Shown: piece after piece, positions 26,525-36,526 of the stretch
Position numbering within the stretch: position 1 is the first letter of the stretch
Layout of the letters: each line of letters opens with the position of its first letter
Origin: Deferribacterales bacterium
GTDB taxonomy: Bacteria > Chrysiogenota > Deferribacteres > Deferribacterales > Geovibrionaceae
Reading direction: 5' to 3'
Length of the DNA: 39,428 nt
NCBI GenBank assembly: GCA_050253335.1
Contig: JBFWJG010000019.1
Span: 1-39,428 of the forward strand
Position numbers and translations under genes: made by a program
Notes under the pieces: generated by a model
The model's database searches: none
Told to the model about the DNA's origin: nothing
Seen by the model: the letters and a program-made list of their open reading frames with translations, nothing else

Positions 26525-27428
26525 TGCTGTTCTCCGCAGAATCCTTTCTTTCTCTGCGGTATTCTTCAAGTATTTTTGCTACCACCGAAAATACAATAAT
26601 TCCTGCTACTGCGATAAAAAAACTCGCCGCAAAAACTGCCGTAACAATGCCCACTCTGTCAGGTTTTACCCTGTTGGCAGGGTCTGCCACATAAGGCTCG
26701 GACACTACAGTGACTCCATAGTACCCCTGAGCTTTTGCCAGAACCTTACTCTGAATAAGCCCTGCTATAATATCGCTGAGCTTATTTTTCAGGGTAATAT
26801 CATAGGTAAGATTTATCTCATTTTTGAAATTCTCAATTTTTTCATCAATGCTTTTAAACTCGCTGTTTTCCAGTCCGCTGCTTATGCTTTTAAGAATAAT
26901 TCTGCAAAATTTTTCAGCAAATACGCGGTCTTTATGGTACACACTGATGGTAATAAACGAAGTATTCAGATCCTGATTAATTGAAAATATTTTCGAGGCT
27001 GATTTCTGAACGATAGAGTTGTAGTTTTCTTTAAAAAATTCGGTATTTTTTATCTTGTCGTAATCCTCAACTACATAAGCCTCAAGCTCATTCTCTTTTA
27101 TCATTTTCCCGACAAATTCTGCATTTCGTATCATTGCAGTCATATTGTGGAATATATTGCGTTTTCCTCCGCCGAAGACCTCACCCACCACAGATGAAAA
27201 CGCATTCAGATTAAGCAGGGAATTTTCCTGGGTTTCTGTCGGTTTAAGAATAAAATAACTCAAATAAATATTATCCATTCTGTACGCTGCAAATACGGAG
27301 CATAATGTAGATACAGCAACAAAAGCGGCAATAAGCATTTTTCGCTTCCAAATCATCAGAAAAAGTTCCAACAGGTTTATTTCCAGAGATCTGTAGCTTT
27401 CTTTGTTATCCTTTTTCACTATAGACAC
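26514..27428 (-). CDS. wzz: Wzz-like polysaccharide chain-length regulator
   Basis: EINLLELF..IWKRK N-terminus, two TM helices, coiled-coil, Pro-rich VVSEP..A...VKP before TM2. Confidence 0.8.
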   Translation of the reverse strand: MSIVKKDNKESYRSLEINLLELFLMIWKRKMLIAAFVAVSTLCSVFAAYRMDNIYLSYFILKPTETQENSLLNLNAFSSVVGEVFGGGKRNIFHNMTAMIRNAEFVGKMIKENELEAYVVEDYDKIKNTEFFKENYNSIVQKSASKIFSINQDLNTSFITISVYHKDRVFAEKFCRIILKSISSGLENSEFKSIDEKIENFKNEINLTYDITLKNKLSDIIAGLIQSKVLAKAQGYYGVTVVSEPYVADPANRVKPDRVGIVTAVFAASFFIAVAGIIVFSVVAKILEEYRRERKDSAENSIGN

Positions 27429-28825
27429 CGTTTTGAATGATATTTTTTCTTTATGTAATATGCGGTTATCAATACTAAAGATGCTGATAAAAACAGCACA
27501 GCAAACATATAACGGCCTGTATCCCCCAAGATATTCTCTTTCAGAACTGCAAAATAGAGGAGGTTGAATGAAAGGAAACCCGCAACCATCAGGGCAGCTC
27601 TGGGGTACAGCGTATTAAAGGTTTTCAAAATATATGATACACACAGGAACAGTAAAGCCACAAGTACAATAACAGAAATCAGGACAGAGGATATTTCTGC
27701 AGAATAATTTTTTCCTATAAACATAATGAGAAAAACAATCCCGACAACGCTTAAATCAATTAAAACGGCCAGCCATTTTCTGCCCAATGAAATTATGTAG
27801 GTTGAGTGGATGGTCATTGCGCTTAAAAGGCTTACCTGAGTATATGCAAGAAGTATTACATCGATATGCTCCGCAGAATCCGGAATGGCTAAAGGCATAA
27901 ATACTATAAAAACAGATAGAAAGCTGCTCAGAAGCAAAGACAAAAACATCTGTTTGTAAACCATATTCTCTTTTTTTTCTTTCCCTGAAAGAAGCAGAGG
28001 AAGAAGCCACGCAGAGGCGGAGGAGGAAAGAATTATTATAGGCATGGCATAAAGACCGCCCAAACCTATAACTCCGGCTACGGAAGCACCGAAGAATATA
28101 CCCAGAATCATTTTGTCGCCATACTGATAAGCCGTCTGTACCCAGCCTTTAAGACACAAAGGGATTCCCACTTTAGTAATCTGCTTCAGAACAGTAAGTC
28201 TGGTTTTATAACCTATCTTACGATTTATTGATGATGGTACATACTGAACAAAAGTTTTCAGCCAGCTCTTTATTCCCTGAGAAAGAATGAAAAGCTCAAA
28301 GTTATGCATAAATGCAGCGGCGATGGATAAAACAGCCCCTACAGCCTCACACAGGCCGCCAAGCAGAAGCATTTGTCCGTTTTTGTTTCCTCTGGCTACA
28401 GCACCGGTAAAACCGCTGAAATAAAGCCCCGACCAGAAAAGGATAAGTCCCAAAGCTGTCATACCGCTGAATTTATAATAAAATATCATCACTGAGGAGG
28501 CTATGACCGTGCTGAAAACAAGCCATAGCTTTGCGGTTTTTAATGCAGAGTCATAGTAGAGCCCCTGCACTCTTCTGCTGTAGCTTTTTTCCGGAATCAG
28601 AACAGACATGGCAAGGCCGAATCCAGGACTTATATTTGAGGTAAGCTGACAGGCTGTTTTCCAGATCAGCCAGTAGCCGAACAATTCTATCCCCAGATAA
28701 CGGACCGCAAGAATATTAGCGAAAAAATTTGCACCTGCCGGCAAAAGAACAGAGGCAACCAAAATTTTCTTTGACCACCACAAATCAGGATTTATGATTT
28801 TTTTCAACAGTGCCTTGACATTCAT
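27419..28825 (-). CDS. wzx: Wzx-like oligosaccharide flippase
   Basis: About 12-14 hydrophobic segments; VRYLG.ELFG, GIPL and DKMILG.FFG...GV patterns of PST/MOP flippases. Confidence 0.75.
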   Translation of the reverse strand: MNVKALLKKIINPDLWWSKKILVASVLLPAGANFFANILAVRYLGIELFGYWLIWKTACQLTSNISPGFGLAMSVLIPEKSYSRRVQGLYYDSALKTAKLWLVFSTVIASSVMIFYYKFSGMTALGLILFWSGLYFSGFTGAVARGNKNGQMLLLGGLCEAVGAVLSIAAAFMHNFELFILSQGIKSWLKTFVQYVPSSINRKIGYKTRLTVLKQITKVGIPLCLKGWVQTAYQYGDKMILGIFFGASVAGVIGLGGLYAMPIIILSSSASAWLLPLLLSGKEKKENMVYKQMFLSLLLSSFLSVFIVFMPLAIPDSAEHIDVILLAYTQVSLLSAMTIHSTYIISLGRKWLAVLIDLSVVGIVFLIMFIGKNYSAEISSVLISVIVLVALLFLCVSYILKTFNTLYPRAALMVAGFLSFNLLYFAVLKENILGDTGRYMFAVLFLSASLVLITAYYIKKKYHSKRCL

Positions 28826-30177
28826 AGAGTTTGAAAATATTTCTTTGTTTCATCAGGGATATAAACATCAAACTGTTGGCTGAGTGATGTCTCCCCGATA
28901 ATTTTATAGCTTCCGAGCCGCCCGGGGGTGGATGTAAGAAAATAGTCTATAAGGCTAAGCTCCTTCTCCCCGTCTTTGTAGCTGTCTGCCATGGCTTTCT
29001 CCACTACTGACAGTATTTCGGCTTTATCATCAAGAGTTTTCAAAACTGTTCTGCCGTGTGAGCCGTAAAAAGGAGTTCCGGTGAACATAACATTTTTCTC
29101 ATTCAGCATGGCTTGAAGCATAGTTGTCGTACCGGAGCCGATAACAAGTGAAGCGTTCTGCATGATTAACCCTGTGGGCATAAGAAGGGGAGCGAAGATC
29201 ACCCCTCTTTTGACAATCTCATTCAGAAATTTTTCATCACGCCTTCCTATGGCAGCAGGATGTTCCTTCATAACCACAGGGTATCTGCCGCCCACAGCAT
29301 CTATTATCTTCAGTACTGTTTTATGGTGGTCGCACATTTCAAGTTCAGGAATCCAGTAGTCCGTGGTTGATTCAGGATAGAACTGCATAGGTATAAATAT
29401 ATGTCCGTCAGGAATAACTGTTTTTGAGATATTCTCAAGCTCAACAGCTTTCAAAGCTCTCGGCAGAGTGGCAAACATCCTCTTCAACATATACTTCCGT
29501 TCAGGAAAAGAAAAACTCAGGGGGTCATTTTTTATGATTCTATACGCAGAGAAAAATGGTTGTTTCACAGAGTCTATCAATAATCTCCGCATAATAGTCT
29601 TAGTTGCTCTGGTGTTTATTCCCATCAGGATATCAGCCCTATAGTTCTGCTGGGCAATATTTTCTGCTTCTTTTGCTATTATTTCGGCGTACTGTTCTTT
29701 TGTTCCGGTGATACCTTCCAGCTCACCGCGTTTGGAAAATCTTATTCTTCCTTTAAAAGGGGTGGTGACAGGAAAGAAAACTTTGATACCGGCTAGCTCG
29801 GCAGATTTGATAAGCGTATCGACAATGAATGAATCCACCGGCAGAGACAGAACTTCATCGTAACCGTAATTTTTAAAAATTTCCGTCCAGGCGGAAATAG
29901 CGGAAAGTACGCAGCGCTCTGCTTTTTTTCTCTCAAAATTGCGGAGAAACCTGCACCTTGATATGTAGCTTTCCATCTCATCCGCTTCCGGAATAATTTT
30001 AAAACAAGAGCATTGGTTAAACTCCTTATAAAAAAACTCCCCGAACCATTTTACACGTTCACCGCCAAGATTCTCGTCTGACCATAAGTCGATGGAGCAA
30101 TCGTCATATAAATTTTGAGCAAGTTTATATACTCTGTCAAAATGTCTTCTGCGCCCGAGAGCCATTATTTTTTTCAT
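28822..30177 (-). CDS. capsule-biosynthesis (KpsS-like) GT-B protein, candidate nonulosonate transferase
   Basis: FIPMQFYPESTTD and VMKEHP motifs, GTT.LQA...EK.V...G.PFY C-terminus; located in a NeuB cluster. Confidence 0.6.
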   Translation of the reverse strand: MKKIMALGRRRHFDRVYKLAQNLYDDCSIDLWSDENLGGERVKWFGEFFYKEFNQCSCFKIIPEADEMESYISRCRFLRNFERKKAERCVLSAISAWTEIFKNYGYDEVLSLPVDSFIVDTLIKSAELAGIKVFFPVTTPFKGRIRFSKRGELEGITGTKEQYAEIIAKEAENIAQQNYRADILMGINTRATKTIMRRLLIDSVKQPFFSAYRIIKNDPLSFSFPERKYMLKRMFATLPRALKAVELENISKTVIPDGHIFIPMQFYPESTTDYWIPELEMCDHHKTVLKIIDAVGGRYPVVMKEHPAAIGRRDEKFLNEIVKRGVIFAPLLMPTGLIMQNASLVIGSGTTTMLQAMLNEKNVMFTGTPFYGSHGRTVLKTLDDKAEILSVVEKAMADSYKDGEKELSLIDYFLTSTPGRLGSYKIIGETSLSQQFDVYIPDETKKYFQTL

Positions 30178-31394
30178 TACAAATCCTTATTAGAAATCAT
30201 ACCTAAAGAGATCCAGAGCATCGGATCCTGAAAAATAGTATAAAGAGAAAGAGTAGACACAAGATAGCCGACCACAGATAAAGCCCACAATCTCCTGTTT
30301 GCCGATGTGGACTTGGATGAAGTGAGATTCTTAAAAACTATTAAAATAACCGTAAGCATAAATAAGGATGCCAGCGGCACCCCATATATGAAAGAAAGAG
30401 CAACAGGGCTTATGTGAACTGTGCTGTCCGCATCGCCCGCCTGATTGATAAATGCCGCTCCGAAACCTTTTCCTGTATACATACTGGAAGGCTCAGACTT
30501 CCACGTACTCATAACAGCCAGGACCTCGAACATTCTTCCTGAAGTCATCTGATCATATTTTGTCCTGCCTGTTTCCTCCGCATCGGGTGTTGCGACAAAG
30601 GCAATCAGCCTTGCGGCTACAGGTTTCGGAAGAGCTGAAACTACTTTTTCAATATCTACTTTAGAAAGGGCATATATGGAAAAAAGTGACATTATACCAA
30701 GTATAATAAGCGGCACAACCATGCGCTTTGAAACAAAAAAACTTAGGAAAATCATTGCGAAGGCAGAGAGCATATGCCCCCTCTTCCCCCCGAGAATTAT
30801 AAGAATAACAATGAATACAGCATAAAGCCATTTCCAGCGGGGCTCTTTAACCAGCACATAAGCAAGCGCAATAAAGGCAGAGCTGGTTCCGAGACCGAGA
30901 TAAACAGGGAAAGGACCGAAAACGCCGAGAAGATAAAGAATCAGTACCGCAAAAAATGTTCCAGCCAAACCATATTTCGCCAGCCTGGAGTCTATACCCT
31001 GCTCAGCAAGATTCAGCGCATAGACTCTGGTTGTATGATAGCAGGCAAGGCTGAAACACATCCGGAGAAGATTTGCAGTAACATCCATGGCATCACCTGC
31101 ATACAGCAGCGTAACCACGGTTCCCCACAGGATCATGGTGAGGATAACTATCTCAAGAAAGTTAGGCCTCAGTATTTTCAGGTTTCTGCCAAAAATTAAT
31201 GACATACCAAAGAAAATGGCTATCAGAGGGAAAGTGACATAAAAAAACACCGCACCGACAGTATTTCCCATACGCAGAAGTTTGATGCAGTGAAGAACAG
31301 GATTAAAAAAAAGAGTAAGGGCAACTATGCCTACAGCAAGCCTGTTAAAAAGATCGTTATTTTCATACATAGGCCTGAGAGACAAAGTGTTCAT
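30177..31394 (-). CDS. wzy: Wzy-like O-unit polymerase
   Basis: About 10-11 TM segments, GGKRG motif, large late periplasmic loop (TSGR...GKGFG...VH). Confidence 0.7.
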   Translation of the reverse strand: MNTLSLRPMYENNDLFNRLAVGIVALTLFFNPVLHCIKLLRMGNTVGAVFFYVTFPLIAIFFGMSLIFGRNLKILRPNFLEIVILTMILWGTVVTLLYAGDAMDVTANLLRMCFSLACYHTTRVYALNLAEQGIDSRLAKYGLAGTFFAVLILYLLGVFGPFPVYLGLGTSSAFIALAYVLVKEPRWKWLYAVFIVILIILGGKRGHMLSAFAMIFLSFFVSKRMVVPLIILGIMSLFSIYALSKVDIEKVVSALPKPVAARLIAFVATPDAEETGRTKYDQMTSGRMFEVLAVMSTWKSEPSSMYTGKGFGAAFINQAGDADSTVHISPVALSFIYGVPLASLFMLTVILIVFKNLTSSKSTSANRRLWALSVVGYLVSTLSLYTIFQDPMLWISLGMISNKDL

Positions 31395-31396
31395 TT

Positions 31397-31954
31397 TCAG
31401 CCGATGTCCCCTTTATATTCCGATCTCAAAATTCCGAAAAGCAAATGATTGCTGTATGTACCGTTGATGTAGTCGGACTCTCTCAGTACACCTTCCTGTT
31501 TATATCCGAAATACTCGAGAACCTTGACCATTCCCGTGTTATGTTCGTTGCATCCGCTTGTGATCCTGTTAAGCCCCAAAGTACCGAAGGCATAGTCCAG
31601 AATCACTTTATAAACTTTCTTCGCAACTCCCTTGCCCCAGAAATTTCTGTTGCCTATCATTATGCCGTCTTCGGCACTCTTTGTGTAATGATTGATTTTA
31701 TCGAGCTTTGCAGTGCCTATCAGCTCACCAGTTTCAAAATCCTGAATAAAGAAACCGATACAGCTTTTGGACTGAAACCTCACAAACGAATCATCTATAA
31801 ACTGCATATTCTTTGGCATAAGAAGAGATTCCGATGCGATAAGGCCTGTAACTTCAAGGTCTTCAAGCCATGAAAGATAAGTTTTTCTTACCTCTTCGCT
31901 CCTTTCATACTCACCGAAGGAAACAAGTATAATTCCGTCACCCTTTAATCTCAT
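31397..31954 (-). CDS. GNAT N-acetyltransferase (RimJ/RimL or PseH-like)
   Basis: GIMIGNRNFWGKG, F.TLGLNRI, N.GM.K...GYKQEGVLRE; ATGA overlap with the SDR stop. Confidence 0.88.
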   Translation of the reverse strand: MRLKGDGIILVSFGEYERSEEVRKTYLSWLEDLEVTGLIASESLLMPKNMQFIDDSFVRFQSKSCIGFFIQDFETGELIGTAKLDKINHYTKSAEDGIMIGNRNFWGKGVAKKVYKVILDYAFGTLGLNRITSGCNEHNTGMVKVLEYFGYKQEGVLRESDYINGTYSNHLLFGILRSEYKGDIG

Positions 31955-32703
31955 AAGCACACTCCGTCATCAACAATGATGTTCTGTCCGTTTACATATG
32001 AAGACATATCAGAAAGCAGGTACACACAGGTTCCAGTTATATCCTCAGCATCAAGCATCCCTTTGCTCAGACCAAGCTTGTTATAAGCATTAAGAAACTT
32101 TTCAGGCTGGTTATTCAGCAAGCCGCCGGGACTGACACAGTTAATTCGTATATTTTTGCCTTTAAAATATTTTGCTATGTATTTCGTGAGATGGATCAGC
32201 CCTGATTTAATAGTGCTGTACTCAACAGGCATAGTAAAGCTTACTTCTTCGTATATCTCGAATTTAGGGGCAATCACGCCGTATATTGAAGCTATGTTCA
32301 ATATAACTCCGCCGCCGGATTCCGCAAAATAGCGGCAGAATTCCCTGCACATAAGAAAATAGCCGCCCAGATTCAGATTCATATTCTCACAAAAGTCTGC
32401 GTAAGATACATCCTCGAACCTGTTTCCGTAATTATTATTCCGTGGGTAGGCGTTATTCACCAGACAGTCTATTTTTCCATATTTATGAACAACATTCTCT
32501 ATGAGAGAGCGGATGGATTCCTCACAGGTTATGTCAAGCACACGGCTGTCTGCCCCTAGCTCATCCGCCGCCTTTGCCGCAGAAGCTTCATTTATATCGG
32601 CTATAACTGCAATGCCGCCCTGAGCGATCACCGAATCCGATATTCGCCTGCCCAAGAGCCCTGCACCGCCTGTAATAACGCAAACCTTATCTTTAAGAAG
32701 CAT
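31951..32703 (-). CDS. ptmA: short-chain dehydrogenase/reductase, PtmA/ElaC-like
   Basis: TGGAGLLG, VNNAYPRN.NYG..F.DV, ASIYG..APKF..Y, MPVEY..IK, GQNIIVDDG. Confidence 0.8.
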   Translation of the reverse strand: MLLKDKVCVITGGAGLLGRRISDSVIAQGGIAVIADINEASAAKAADELGADSRVLDITCEESIRSLIENVVHKYGKIDCLVNNAYPRNNNYGNRFEDVSYADFCENMNLNLGGYFLMCREFCRYFAESGGGVILNIASIYGVIAPKFEIYEEVSFTMPVEYSTIKSGLIHLTKYIAKYFKGKNIRINCVSPGGLLNNQPEKFLNAYNKLGLSKGMLDAEDITGTCVYLLSDMSSYVNGQNIIVDDGVCL

Positions 32704-32704
32704 A

Positions 32705-33490
32705 TCAGATAATCTCCCTGTAACAATCCGGCTTTCTGTCCTGAAGAAATCTGAATTTTTCTCTGTTTTCAGCAGTTTCAGCAGGATTTATATCATAGAG
32801 CTTCATCTCTCCTGAAGTCAGCAGAGGTTCGCATTCTGAGCCGTAAGGATGTATGAGTTTTGATGATTCGACATACTCAAGCCCTTTTCCGTCTGTCCCA
32901 GTTCTGTTTACCCCTGCGATCTGAATCTGGTTTTCTATAGCTCTTGCAGTAAGTAGTGCATTCCAATGGGTAATTCTTGATGCAGGCCAGTTGGCGATAA
33001 CAACTATTACATCGTTCTCCTTGTTTTGAGCAGTAAACAGCTCAGGGAACCTGAGATCATAGCAAACAGCGAACCCCAAACGAAGCCCCCCTCTTTTCAC
33101 GGAAACAAGTTCATCTCCGCCTGAGAAAAACTTATCCTCTCCGGCGTAGGAGAATGGGTGAATCTTTTTATAAATGCCCTGAACCGCACCGGAACTGTCA
33201 ACATAGACCATTGCATTAACAGCTTTTTTGCCTGCTTTAAATACACAGCCGAAAATTATATCCATACAGTTTTTCACTGCCAGCCCTTTAAAGGCATCAA
33301 CAGTCAAGGAACTATCCTCATCCTCTGCACTCAGTGCAGTGTTCATTGTGAAACCTGTAAGAGTCATCTCCGGAAAAATTACAAGATCGGCACCTGCGGA
33401 TGACGCATTCCTGATATGCTCACCGCACAGTTCCAGATTGCCCGTTTTATCTTCCCAAAGCTGATTCATGGATATAAGCGCTGTTTTCAT
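32705..33490 (-). CDS. nitrilase-fold carbon-nitrogen hydrolase, copy 2
   Basis: FPEMTLTGF, YKKIHPF, VCYDLRFPE, IANWP, ARAIENQ; ATGA overlap with the aminotransferase stop. Confidence 0.92.
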   Translation of the reverse strand: MKTALISMNQLWEDKTGNLELCGEHIRNASSAGADLVIFPEMTLTGFTMNTALSAEDEDSSLTVDAFKGLAVKNCMDIIFGCVFKAGKKAVNAMVYVDSSGAVQGIYKKIHPFSYAGEDKFFSGGDELVSVKRGGLRLGFAVCYDLRFPELFTAQNKENDVIVVIANWPASRITHWNALLTARAIENQIQIAGVNRTGTDGKGLEYVESSKLIHPYGSECEPLLTSGEMKLYDINPAETAENREKFRFLQDRKPDCYREII

Positions 33491-34797
33491 TTGTTGTACA
33501 CTCTCCAAACCGGCTTAACAGGGCCGCCCGTAAGATACTTTTCATAACCTTCGTCTATAGCCTTTTTATAAGTAGCAAAAGCGAAATCACACGCTTCCAG
33601 AGTTATTTTAAGTTCTTCTTCGCCGTGTTCCCTGCAAAAAGCTATCCAAGGCATAAGCACGCCTTTCTTAATAATTTCCTGCTGAAACAGAGTATGGTAA
33701 TAGAGATTGGGTTTCTTCTCAGCGTCTTTCGCAACAATTATCGGACTGCACTCATAGCCTCTTATTTCAAAGTAATCAGCGACTCCGTTGCTTTTGGCTA
33801 GGCTGTTTATTCCTTCCATAAATCTGCGGCCGTAAGCCCAGTGGTGTTCACTCACTTTATCACGTTCGTAAATATCAATATTTTTCAGCGCAGCAGCAAG
33901 CCCTGTGGATTCTGCTCCGTGGGTTTGGGAAAGGAGGAAAACTCTGGGCTTATCATGGAAAAGCCCGCCCAGCTCCATAATCTCTTTACGGCCGCCGAGA
34001 ACAGACACAGAAAATCCGTTGGCTGTTGCTTTTCCGAAGGTAGTGAGATCGGGTCTGATCCCCACAATTTCCTGCGCTCCTTTGAGATTCCAGCGAAAGC
34101 CAGAAATCATTTCATCAAAAATAAGAACTGTTCCCTCTTTTTCCGTTACAGCTCTAAGCTCCTGAAGGAAGTTGTCTTTCGGTTCATCATTTTTAAGAGG
34201 TTCAAGTATAATGCCCGCTATCTGACCCGGGTATTTCGCAAAAAGCTCTTTAACACTTTCTATATCGTTGTACTTAAATCTAAGAGTAAGGTTTCTTATT
34301 TCGTCGGGGATACCGTTATTGCATGGCGTAGAACCTATGAACCAGTCATTTACACTGAAAAACGGATGGTCCTGACAAACTGCTATATACTTTCTTCCTG
34401 TATATGCACGGGAAAGCTTTACCGCTGCAGAAGTAACATCTGAGCCGTTCTTGCCGAACTTCACCATTTCCATGGAAGGTATGAGGGAAACATATCTTTC
34501 TGCAAGTTTAAGTTCAAGAACGGAAGGACGGGTGAGGTTTGTGCCGTTGGCAAGCTCCTTGACTACTGCCTCATTTATCTCATCATCGGCATAGCCTATT
34601 CCAACAGAGCGCAGTCCCATTCCGTAATCCAGAAACTTGTTACCGTCCGCATCCCATGAGTAGGCTCCTTTTCCTCTTACCATCAGCCCCGGAGCAAGCT
34701 CAGGGAACTGATCATCGCCCTTGCTGTATGTATGGCCGCCGGCCGGCACTATTTCATGCAGCCTTTTCTGAAGCTCTCTACCTTTAGTAAATTCCAT
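33487..34797 (-). CDS. class III PLP aminotransferase (glutamate-1-semialdehyde aminomutase-like, sugar-cluster type)
   Basis: GGHTYSKGDDQFP, KFGKNGSD, LIFDEMISGFR, PDLTTFGKA.ANG; lacks the GGVNSPVRA motif of HemL. Confidence 0.88.
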   Translation of the reverse strand: MEFTKGRELQKRLHEIVPAGGHTYSKGDDQFPELAPGLMVRGKGAYSWDADGNKFLDYGMGLRSVGIGYADDEINEAVVKELANGTNLTRPSVLELKLAERYVSLIPSMEMVKFGKNGSDVTSAAVKLSRAYTGRKYIAVCQDHPFFSVNDWFIGSTPCNNGIPDEIRNLTLRFKYNDIESVKELFAKYPGQIAGIILEPLKNDEPKDNFLQELRAVTEKEGTVLIFDEMISGFRWNLKGAQEIVGIRPDLTTFGKATANGFSVSVLGGRKEIMELGGLFHDKPRVFLLSQTHGAESTGLAAALKNIDIYERDKVSEHHWAYGRRFMEGINSLAKSNGVADYFEIRGYECSPIIVAKDAEKKPNLYYHTLFQQEIIKKGVLMPWIAFCREHGEEELKITLEACDFAFATYKKAIDEGYEKYLTGGPVKPVWRVYNK

Positions 34798-34799
34798 TT

Positions 34800-35534
34800 T
34801 TAATCTCCGAATCCATCATGCAGATGTTTGTTCATAATTGTCAGCATACCGCTGTCGTACAGCTCAACCAGCTGTCTCTGGCTGAAAGTATGAAGACAGT
34901 TTTTAGTTCCGAAATATTCGAGAATTTGCGTAATGAGATCCAAATCCTCCTGATAGTCAACAGATAAGTATATATCATCTCTGATGAGAATGTTTTCTTC
35001 CGGCGTCAGAGCCTCTTTTGTAAAAAGGGGGGATTTTCTCAAAAAAGTTACAACGTGTTCTCTATCTGCCTTTTCCGCTGAAGGATAAGCATCAGCAAGG
35101 GCATTCAGCTCAAACAGTTCTGCCGCTGTTCCGTAAATCCATCCTTTTCTATGGCTTGCATATATAAGGTTTGAAGGTTTCTGCCTGTGTCTTTCTATGA
35201 GTTTTTTTATACACTGCGGATCTATGAGCGGATCATCCCCGCCCACCCTTATCACTGTTTCAAATCCGAAAAACTCTGCACTCTCGATGTATCTTTTCAT
35301 AACATCGTCAACATCGCCTCTGAAGCAATCAACTCCGGCACTGCTGCATATTTTTTCTGTTATATCATCATTCTCAAGGACTGTAGTTGCTACTGCCAAG
35401 TTCTCAAAACCGGCACTCTTCAACCTCATAAGCTGGTGGTAAAGCATGGGTTTGCCGAGTATTTCATAATGAATTTTGCAGGGGCATCTTGTTGAACCTG
35501 CCCTCGCCTGAACTATTATTCCGTAATTTTTCAT
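34800..35534 (-). CDS. SpsF-like cytidylyltransferase (CMP-ulosonate synthetase family)
   Basis: IIVQAR.GSTR.P.K, VATT, FRG..DDV..RY, R..GD.PLIDP, REHV, SVDY.ED. Confidence 0.87.
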   Translation of the reverse strand: MKNYGIIVQARAGSTRCPCKIHYEILGKPMLYHQLMRLKSAGFENLAVATTVLENDDITEKICSSAGVDCFRGDVDDVMKRYIESAEFFGFETVIRVGGDDPLIDPQCIKKLIERHRQKPSNLIYASHRKGWIYGTAAELFELNALADAYPSAEKADREHVVTFLRKSPLFTKEALTPEENILIRDDIYLSVDYQEDLDLITQILEYFGTKNCLHTFSQRQLVELYDSGMLTIMNKHLHDGFGD

Positions 35535-36526
35535 TGTTTCACTCGGACTATGGATGACTCGGAAAAAGCCTGTTCTGCTGCATAGAGGTAAGATAGTATT
35601 TCCTCATCCTCTTCCAAAGTATAAGGGAAAGGTGCTCCGCCTGCGGAAGCTTCAAGAAACGCTTTAATCTCGAGTACATACATCTCCTCAGAAGAAACAG
35701 TGGTTTTCATGCTGTCTCTTCTGAAAATTTTCCAGCTGCCCGTATCGGAAGAAAAATACCTCAGTTCGCCTTTCACAAAATCTATCTCGATATTTCCTTT
35801 ACTGCCTATTATCCTCGTGTCCCTGTAGCTTACTTTTGAGAGCACATCTATTGTCAGATGAAGCTGGCATCCTTTGTCGGTATTCATCAGCACAGAATAT
35901 ATATCATCAATATTCACACCGAGTGTCCCGCTGTTTTTCTTTAGAGCAGTTATCTGCGATGGTCTGCCGAGTAGCCACACGAGGAAAACGAGATCAAAAG
36001 GAACAATCTCTCTGGCTGCGCCTGTTTCATAATTTGAGACGTAGAAATCTTTGATGTCTTCATAAGGGTGCCAGTAAGGAAGGTACTGCCCGAAATAATG
36101 ATTGGCAAAAATTATTTCACCCAATGCTTCGCTGTCTATCAGTTCTTTTGCCTTAACGACAAGGGCATCATAGCGCATTGTGCAGGACGGAGCGATAACA
36201 CAGTCTGTATTCTTTTTCAGAGCCATAAGTTCGTCCATTCTGTTATCAACAACACTGGCCTCTATAAAAGTATGCTTGTTTCTTTTGGCAGCCTCGATCG
36301 CATAACCCATATGCAGATCAGGCGGAGTTGATATTGAGACATGAGTTACTTCGTCCCAGTTTATAGAGTTAAAACTTACGGCCGGAGTTACACCGTAGCG
36401 TTCAACTGCTTCCTTTATCCTGTCTTCTCTCTTATCATATACAGTAATATCTTTGACACCGTGGAACTGGAAATTTCTTATTCTTCTTTTGCCCATTGAG
36501 CCGCAGCCGATCTGTAACACTTTCAT
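35531..36526 (-). CDS. Gfo/Idh/MocA-family NAD(P)-dependent oxidoreductase
   Basis: IGCGSMGKR, ISTPPD.H, GQYLP.WHPYED. Confidence 0.88.
   Translation of the reverse strand: MKVLQIGCGSMGKRRIRNFQFHGVKDITVYDKREDRIKEAVERYGVTPAVSFNSINWDEVTHVSISTPPDLHMGYAIEAAKRNKHTFIEASVVDNRMDELMALKKNTDCVIAPSCTMRYDALVVKAKELIDSEALGEIIFANHYFGQYLPYWHPYEDIKDFYVSNYETGAAREIVPFDLVFLVWLLGRPSQITALKKNSGTLGVNIDDIYSVLMNTDKGCQLHLTIDVLSKVSYRDTRIIGSKGNIEIDFVKGELRYFSSDTGSWKIFRRDSMKTTVSSEEMYVLEIKAFLEASAGGAPFPYTLEEDEEILSYLYAAEQAFSESSIVRVKQ

Noticed and set aside
24637..31312. A/T homopolymers of 7-8 nt near the 5' ends of the GT4, KpsS-like and wzy genes as phase-variation tracts
   Set aside because: Short A/T runs are expected in AT-rich DNA, frames are intact, and no long G/C tract was seen
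33487..34797. hemL call
   Set aside because: Lacks the HemL GGVNSPVRA motif and is translationally coupled inside a sugar pathway
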